Source: a cyanobacterium endosymbiont of Rhopalodia gibba
Lineage (GTDB): Bacteria > Cyanobacteriota > Cyanobacteriia > Cyanobacteriales > Microcystaceae
DNA: 64,000 nt
Assembly: GCA_045159875.1 (NCBI GenBank)
Contig: CP067995.1
Span: 2,048,001 to 2,112,000, forward strand
Reading direction: 5' to 3'
A program made the position numbers and the translations under genes. The stretch's first letter is position 1; every line of letters begins with the position of its first letter. This document shows positions 58,281 to 64,000 of the stretch, piece after piece. Below the pieces are notes generated by a model. The model made no database searches, had not been told where the DNA came from, and saw only the letters and a list, made by a program, of their open reading frames with translations.

Positions 58281-59561
58281 ATGTATCTCATGATGGCACA
58301 AGAGCAACCCTCGTTAGAAGAAATGACCCTCAGACAGCTACGCAGAGTAGCAAGTGGATATAATCTCTCCCGTTACAGCAGAATGCGTAAAGCACAACTA
58401 CTGTCCGCCATAAAACAAATTATTCAGGAACAAACTGTTCAAAAACCAAAAATTAAAGAAACGACAATAAGTCCAACACTCCTTCAGGAGGAACAAGAAA
58501 TGGAAGCATCTAAATTTGAAATAGGTCAAGATGATATCGTAGAGGGACTTTCATCTTCTGTTGATGACGGGCTTAGTGATCTCCCCGATGGTTATGGAGA
58601 AAGCCGCATTGTCATTTTGCCTCGTGATCCGCAATGGTCTTATGCTTACTGGGATATTCCTAATAGTGCTAAAGAAGAATTACGTCATCAGGGAGGACAA
58701 CAGTTAGCCCTACGTCTTTATGATGTCACTGATATTAATCTCAATGACCAAAGTCCTCACAGTATCCAAGAGTACCTCTGCGATGAGTTAGCACGGGAAT
58801 GGTATTTACCGATTCCCGTGAGTGATCGTGATTATGTTCTTGACATCGGTTATCGTTGTTTCGATGGACGCTGGTTGATTCTCGCTCGTTCAGCTTCTGT
58901 TCATATTCCTCCTGTCTATCCTTCTGAGTGGGTGGAAGATATCTTTGTTACTGTAGACTCAAATCAAGAACTCCAAGGTGAGATTGTTTATAATTTGGTT
59001 CCCCCTACTCACCGTCAAGCAATCCCCTGCGACAATCTTGGCCGCGACGAAATTTTTGGTATGGCTCAAGAAGTAGAAGCTCAGCACATAGCAGGATCAG
59101 TGATCAGTCCCTACGTTCATCAAGAAGTGGTTAGTCCCTATGTTCATCAAGAAGTGGTTAGTTCTTATGTCTTTCCTTCCAGTATGGGAATGTGGGCAAT
59201 TCCTACTGCTTCTGGTGTGAATGTTTCTAATATGTCTGGTGTAGGGTTAGGAGTTCATGTTTCTACACTGCCCGGGTATTCCCGTAAGTTCTGGTTAGTA
59301 GCTGATGCTGAGTTAATTGTTTATGGGGCTACTGAACCTGATGCTACTGTTAGCATTGGGGGTCGTCCTATTGAACTTAATCCTGATGGTACTTTCCGCT
59401 TCCAGATATCTTTCCAAGATGGTTTGATTGACTATCCTATAGTCGCTGTAGCTGTTGATAGAGAACAAACCTGTTCTATCCATATGAAGTTTAATCGTGA
59501 AACCCCTGAGTGTCATGTCAATTCTAAGGAAGAAGCAGTTTTGGAGTGTCCTCAAATCTAG
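58281..59561 (+). CDS. DUF4912 domain protein with Rho-termination-factor N-terminal-like domain
   Basis: LEEMTLRQLRRVAS..YSRMRKAQL, LPRDPQWSYAYWD, FWLVADAELIVYGATEPDA. Confidence 0.88.
   Translation: MYLMMAQEQPSLEEMTLRQLRRVASGYNLSRYSRMRKAQLLSAIKQIIQEQTVQKPKIKETTISPTLLQEEQEMEASKFEIGQDDIVEGLSSSVDDGLSDLPDGYGESRIVILPRDPQWSYAYWDIPNSAKEELRHQGGQQLALRLYDVTDINLNDQSPHSIQEYLCDELAREWYLPIPVSDRDYVLDIGYRCFDGRWLILARSASVHIPPVYPSEWVEDIFVTVDSNQELQGEIVYNLVPPTHRQAIPCDNLGRDEIFGMAQEVEAQHIAGSVISPYVHQEVVSPYVHQEVVSSYVFPSSMGMWAIPTASGVNVSNMSGVGLGVHVSTLPGYSRKFWLVADAELIVYGATEPDATVSIGGRPIELNPDGTFRFQISFQDGLIDYPIVAVAVDREQTCSIHMKFNRETPECHVNSKEEAVLECPQI
59106..59171 (+). repeat. In-frame 27-bp tandem duplication within the DUF4912 gene
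   Basis: agtccctacgttcatcaagaagtggtt / agtccctatgttcatcaagaagtggtt / agttcttatgtc. Confidence 0.9.
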
Positions 59562-59622
59562 TCTATAACTCGAGACGATAATTGCTTTTTTAAGCATTTT
59601 CAAAACAATGTCAACTTGATTG

Positions 59623-59655
59623 CTCCTGATGAGTTCGTCGGGAGTTTATTTTTTA
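59623..59655 (+). terminator. Rho-independent terminator candidate after the DUF4912 gene
   Basis: ctcctgatga-gt-tcgtcgggag followed by a T-rich tract. Confidence 0.6.
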
Positions 59656-59745
59656 ATAATAGAGAAATTCTTAATTTCTCTAAGAGAACGTTACCCTCCC
59701 AAAATTCTCTATTAGAATAAAATAAATATTAACTTTCTTTAAGAG

Positions 59746-59937
59746 ATGTTGAGCCCAATTTTAATATTTGATGTGGCTTTAGTTGCCTGGTCACTCCACT
59801 TAATGCAAGAAGCAATTGACCAACAAGAATTTTCCTTAATGCTAGCAGGAACTTTAGTAGCCATGTCCGCCGCAGCAATGCTAGTGGTCTATTTTCTGAT
59901 GGGTAAGTGTTTAAGCTATTTAATTCAGCTCCATTAG
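59746..59937 (+). CDS. Small two-TM hypothetical protein
   Basis: Intact 63-aa hydrophobic ORF with gene-like composition. Confidence 0.65.
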   Translation: MLSPILIFDVALVAWSLHLMQEAIDQQEFSLMLAGTLVAMSAAAMLVVYFLMGKCLSYLIQLH

Positions 59938-60207
59938 GTTTTCCCAAAATAAGACAGATCTATAAATTTAAATATAACCAACAGCGTACAAACAGAATTT
60001 AAAAATATTTATTTTCTTTTCTTCTATTCTCACAAAAGTTGATTATACAACATCCATTTTATTTTTAATTATAGTGTTGCACTTCAATTAGATATTTAAA
60101 AAAATCTCTAAAGTTTTCCCTAGTAGGGTATCGTCGTTGAAATTAAATCTCAAGAATTTTGAATAGTCCTTAAACTAATAGTCTCCAATAATTAAGATTT
60201 GATCCTG

Positions 60208-62178
60208 ATGAAATTACCCCATCAACGATGGCAAGTTGCTATTCCTAATCCCGAACAAGTCGAGCAACTGATCAAAACAACGAAACTACCACCTTTAATT
60301 GCCCAAGTCATCATTAATCGGGGTATTGATACTCCCAATGCTATCGCAATCTATCTCAATCCTGAAGTTCAAACTCTTCCTTTACCTTTAGAGGAATTCC
60401 CTGATTTAGAGATCAGTGTGAAGTTATTAAAAGATGCGATTACCACACGGAAAAAAATCGCTATTTGTGGGGACTATGATGCTGATGGTATGACTAGTAC
60501 TGCCTTATTATTGCGTGCTCTCACCCACTTAGGTGCTGATGTTTACTATAAAATTCCTGATCGGATGACAGATGGTTATGGCATTAATGAACGTATTGTA
60601 GACACTTGTGCTCATGAAGGCGTAGAGTTAATTTTAACAGTTGACAATGGCATTACGGCTTATGAACCGATTCAACGAGCGGTAAAATTGGGGTTAAGTG
60701 TTATTATCACTGATCATCACAATCTCCCTAAAAAATTGCCCCCAGCCGATGCGATTCTTAATCCAAAATTACTTCGAGAAACTTCTCCCTATCGTGGATT
60801 GGCGGGAGTTGGAGTAGCATATATTTTGGCAGTGACAACGGCTAAAAATTTGGGTTTACTCAAAGGTTTAGTAGACCCATTATTGGAACTATTTACGTTA
60901 GGAACTATAGCAGATTTAGTTCCTCTTGTCGGGGTTAACCGACGCTGGTTAAAACGGGGGTTGCGGAAACTTCCTTACTCAAAATTAGCAGGAGTTCAAG
61001 CCCTCATGCAGGTTACCGGAATCAGTGAAGAACAAAAACAACTTAAACCCGATGATATTGGCTTTCGATTAGGACCAAGAATTAACGCAGTAGGACGCAT
61101 TGGTGAGCCTCAAATAGCGATTGAATTATTAACTACTGATGATTCTAAAATCGCATTAGAAAGGGCGATGCAATGTGAACAAATTAACAACAAACGTAAG
61201 GAGATATGTGAACATATTGAATTAGAAGCTATTCATTTAATAGAAAATACTCCAATCCTTTGGAAACGTGACCGAGTTTTAGTGGTAATTAAATCTCAAT
61301 GGCATCATGGGGTTATTGGCATTGTAGCTTCCCGTTTAGTGGAACGTTACGGGGTTCCTGTTTTTATCGGAACCTATGAAGAAAACTCTAGTAAAATTAG
61401 AGGATCTGCACGAGGAATAAAAGAATTTAACGTAATTGAAGGATTGGATTTTTGTCAAGATATTTTGGAAAAATATGGAGGACATAAAGCAGCAGGTGGA
61501 TTCAGTTTATTAGCTAGTAAATTAGAGGCTTTCAAGCAAAGATTAAGCATTTTCTCCCATCAATGCTTAAAAACTCAACACCTTCAACCTTTAGTAATGA
61601 TTGATGCCCAGGCTAATTTTAAACAATTAACTCCCAATTTATATCAGTCCACTGAACAACTTCAACCTTGTGGAATTGGAAATTCTTTCCCTATTTTTTG
61701 GACTTCTAATGTTTATATCGTTAAGCAAAAAATAGTAGGAAAAAATCATCTTAAACTGGGGATTTCTCAGAATGATTATAATCAAGCAGAGATAGATGCA
61801 ATCGCTTGGCGTTGGGGTGAGTATTTTCCCTTACCTAGGGTAGTTGATATTGCTTATAAACTAACAGAAAATTGTTGGAATGGTAATTCTAAAATTGAGT
61901 TAGACATTGTAGGAATACGATTACCATTATCTCCTTTATCTGCTTCTGATTATAAGCTAAAAATATTTCAATATCAAGGGCGAAACTATCAATGTAGTTT
62001 TTCTAAAACCGAGAAGGAATTAAAAATTATAAATGATAAAGGAAAGATGTTGGTAGTTAAAAGAGGACAACGACAAGGGTTCTTAGGAACAACGCGAGAA
62101 AATTCTCAGAAAGTCGATATTACTCAGCCACGTTATTTAAATTTAATTAAAGCAGCCATGGAGATTTTAGGACTATGA
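60208..62178 (+). CDS. recJ: ssDNA exonuclease RecJ
   Basis: GDYDADGMTS, TVDNG, TDHH, PRINAVGR, GSAR, GGHKAAGG. Confidence 0.96.
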   Translation: MKLPHQRWQVAIPNPEQVEQLIKTTKLPPLIAQVIINRGIDTPNAIAIYLNPEVQTLPLPLEEFPDLEISVKLLKDAITTRKKIAICGDYDADGMTSTALLLRALTHLGADVYYKIPDRMTDGYGINERIVDTCAHEGVELILTVDNGITAYEPIQRAVKLGLSVIITDHHNLPKKLPPADAILNPKLLRETSPYRGLAGVGVAYILAVTTAKNLGLLKGLVDPLLELFTLGTIADLVPLVGVNRRWLKRGLRKLPYSKLAGVQALMQVTGISEEQKQLKPDDIGFRLGPRINAVGRIGEPQIAIELLTTDDSKIALERAMQCEQINNKRKEICEHIELEAIHLIENTPILWKRDRVLVVIKSQWHHGVIGIVASRLVERYGVPVFIGTYEENSSKIRGSARGIKEFNVIEGLDFCQDILEKYGGHKAAGGFSLLASKLEAFKQRLSIFSHQCLKTQHLQPLVMIDAQANFKQLTPNLYQSTEQLQPCGIGNSFPIFWTSNVYIVKQKIVGKNHLKLGISQNDYNQAEIDAIAWRWGEYFPLPRVVDIAYKLTENCWNGNSKIELDIVGIRLPLSPLSASDYKLKIFQYQGRNYQCSFSKTEKELKIINDKGKMLVVKRGQRQGFLGTTRENSQKVDITQPRYLNLIKAAMEILGL

Positions 62179-62458
62179 AATATAAATTTACCCCAATCTA
62201 TTGAGTTTAGTCTCCCAATTCTTATTTCTTATCATTCAAATTGCAGAAGAAAAATACACAGATAATTAATTATCAATCAATAAAGTAGATTTTTGTATTT
62301 AAATTTAGTATTTGAATTAAAAAAAGCATAAAAAAACCTTAAAATACAAAATTACTGGCTACTACTATGACGATAGTAGGTTGTGTTAAAATTTTTATAA
62401 AGGCCAGTTTATTTAAGAATGAAAATATAAAAAAGCTGGATTTGGAGAGCAAGTAAAA

Positions 62459-62513
62459 TCCTCTTAAGAGAACAACTGATTGACTACTCTAATCAGTTGT
62501 TCTCTTAAGAGGA
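62459..62513. repeat. Perfect inverted repeat, 23-bp arms, 9-nt loop
   Basis: tcctcttaagagaacaactgatt-gactactct-aatcagttgttctcttaagagga. Confidence 0.97.
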
Positions 62514-62551
62514 CTGCGACCTGTTGAACTGTAATAAAAGAGATTGACCCT

Positions 62552-63523
62552 GTGACCATAACATTCAGTGATGCCAACGTAAAAGCCGCTTTAACTGCAA
62601 TTGAATCCGATGAAGCCACCCTAGACGAAAAAATCGAGATGTTAATTGAAATGGCTAAGGAGCTGCAAAAAAGGACTAAAAGTCCCCAACAACTCGAAGA
62701 TGTGGTTTTTCTTTACCGTAGGGGTTTAGAATTATGTCCTCCTGACTATCACTTATGGCGAGCAAGATGTTTATCGGGAATGGGAACTGCATTGCGAACA
62801 ATTCCGGCAGAAGGGGAAAGCTTACTCTTAGAAGCAAAAGCCTCTTACGAAACCGCTCTTCCCATACTTGAAAAATATGCGTCTCCTGAAGAAGTCGCTG
62901 AGGTACATATGAACATAGGGGTTGTGCTACAAGAATTGGTACTTTTCCAAAAAGCAGCTATACAAGATGCTATAAAGGCTTATCAAAAAGCGGCAAAAGT
63001 ATTCACCGGGGAGAATTATCCTCAAGAATTTTCCATGCTACAAAATAATATTGCGATCGCTTATCTTTCAATGCCTTTAGTTCTGAACGAGGAAGAAATG
63101 CCTCAAGCTATTGCGCTTCAGTCTTTTGAAGCGGGTTTGAAATGGGTGACGATAACCAATCATCCTAGCGAATATGCTATGCTAAATAATAATCTCGCTA
63201 ACGCTCTACAATCTCTTCCGAGTGATAATCCGTTAGAAAATAATTTGAAAGCTCTAGCTGCATACGATGAGGCATTAAAGGTTCGTACTCCTCAAGACAC
63301 TCCTGTTGAATGGGCTAACACTATCTCAAATAAAGCAAACGTTTTGTTTAATTTACCTGATAATTTTGAGCACCCTGAAAAGGGTAATCAATATAATCTC
63401 ATGGAAGCTAAAACTTACTATCAAAAAGCTCAAGTAGTGTTTAGTCAATATGAACTATGGGAACGAGTAGAGGTCGTAAAAAAAGCTTTACAAGATATAG
63501 AGGTACAATTGGGGAGTTGGTGA
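62552..63523 (+). CDS. TPR-repeat protein, probably uptake-hydrogenase-cluster associated
   Basis: Repeated helical motifs (YAMLNNNLANA, AYDEALKVRT, WANTISNKAN); GTG start. Confidence 0.75.
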   Translation: MTITFSDANVKAALTAIESDEATLDEKIEMLIEMAKELQKRTKSPQQLEDVVFLYRRGLELCPPDYHLWRARCLSGMGTALRTIPAEGESLLLEAKASYETALPILEKYASPEEVAEVHMNIGVVLQELVLFQKAAIQDAIKAYQKAAKVFTGENYPQEFSMLQNNIAIAYLSMPLVLNEEEMPQAIALQSFEAGLKWVTITNHPSEYAMLNNNLANALQSLPSDNPLENNLKALAAYDEALKVRTPQDTPVEWANTISNKANVLFNLPDNFEHPEKGNQYNLMEAKTYYQKAQVVFSQYELWERVEVVKKALQDIEVQLGSW

Positions 63524-63551
63524 TTTAATATGTCGAAGGAGCCCAATTAAA

Positions 63552-63821
63552 ATGACTGAAATTCTAGGTGACTTAGGAACAAATACAACCCTTCATAATT
63601 TTTTTGTGAACCTAATGATGGGAGAGATAACTCTAGCAACTGGTTTACTCTGGTTAGTAGTAGCTGCTATCATTTCTGTTATAGGTGGAGCTATCGGTGG
63701 GATGTTATTAGCGGGAAAGGACATTGGCTATGAATTGTCTGCTATGTTGGGTAGTTTATTGGGTCCCGCTGGGGTTATTCCAGTTGTTGCCATTGGACTT
63801 ATCCTGTTGAGATTAGTGTAG
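63552..63821 (+). CDS. Small two-TM Gly-rich membrane protein
   Basis: IGGAIGGMLLAGKDIGYELSAMLGSLLGPAG; ggag upstream; operon spacing. Confidence 0.75.
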   Translation: MTEILGDLGTNTTLHNFFVNLMMGEITLATGLLWLVVAAIISVIGGAIGGMLLAGKDIGYELSAMLGSLLGPAGVIPVVAIGLILLRLV

Positions 63822-63833
63822 GAGTTACAGACA

Positions 63834-64000
63834 ATGTTAAGACTGATCTGGTATTCTGCAAAATTGTTTTTCAAAAGAAAATTGATCCGTAACTCTGGAT
63901 ATCTTTACAAACAATTTGCTTTGGGGTTTGTTATCGGACTGTTGTTATTAGTCGGACTGTATAAAATGGAAATTAATTTAGCTTTGGCTATTGCAGTATC
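63834..64000 (+). CDS. Small membrane protein, truncated by window end
   Basis: Manual translation MLRLIWYSAKLFFKRKLIRNSGYLYKQFALGFVIGLLLLVGLYKMEINLALAIAV, open to the end; aggag upstream. Confidence 0.75.
   Translation, partial: MLRLIWYSAKLFFKRKLIRNSGYLYKQFALGFVIGLLLLVGLYKMEINLALAIAV

Noticed and set aside
10002..59681. Short palindromes with 8-12 bp arms (10002, 13963, 44869, 47472, 59661)
   Set aside because: Plausible by chance in such AT-rich DNA, so not counted with the long perfect set.
2620..59947. Short antisense or overlapping ORFs in the track (e.g. 2620..2895, 17621..17947, 28020..28304, 38231..38533, 59313..59603, 59729..59947)
   Set aside because: They are shadows of well-supported genes and have no recognisable motifs.
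1..64000. CRISPR array, cas genes, transposases or prophage
   Set aside because: No repeat-spacer periodicity and no such protein motifs seen; the inverted repeats are unrelated to each other.

Overview
AT-rich cyanobacterial DNA with only about half of the window in intact genes (my rough sum is ~32 kb of 64 kb). The rest is very AT-rich spacer full of decayed genes. Recognisable pseudogenes include a LysR regulator, pirin, the drgA nitroreductase, an alpha/beta hydrolase, an FAD oxidoreductase, an OmpR-type regulator and photosystem II psbX. Housekeeping, peptidoglycan, plastoquinone/respiratory, NifB/NifX-like and probable uptake-hydrogenase-associated genes are intact. This fits a non-photosynthetic, N2-fixing cyanobacterial endosymbiont undergoing genome reduction, such as a rhopalodiacean diatom spheroid body (inference, not a database result). 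The most unusual signal is eight long, perfect, mutually unrelated inverted repeats (15-28 bp arms) in otherwise eroded intergenic DNA. Other points of interest are an unannotated 38-aa membrane ORF between murI and sds, a standalone kinase-tail-like small protein, an orphan Dam-family methylase and a citrate synthase with Glu at the catalytic Asp position. No CRISPR array, rRNA or intact mobile element was seen.
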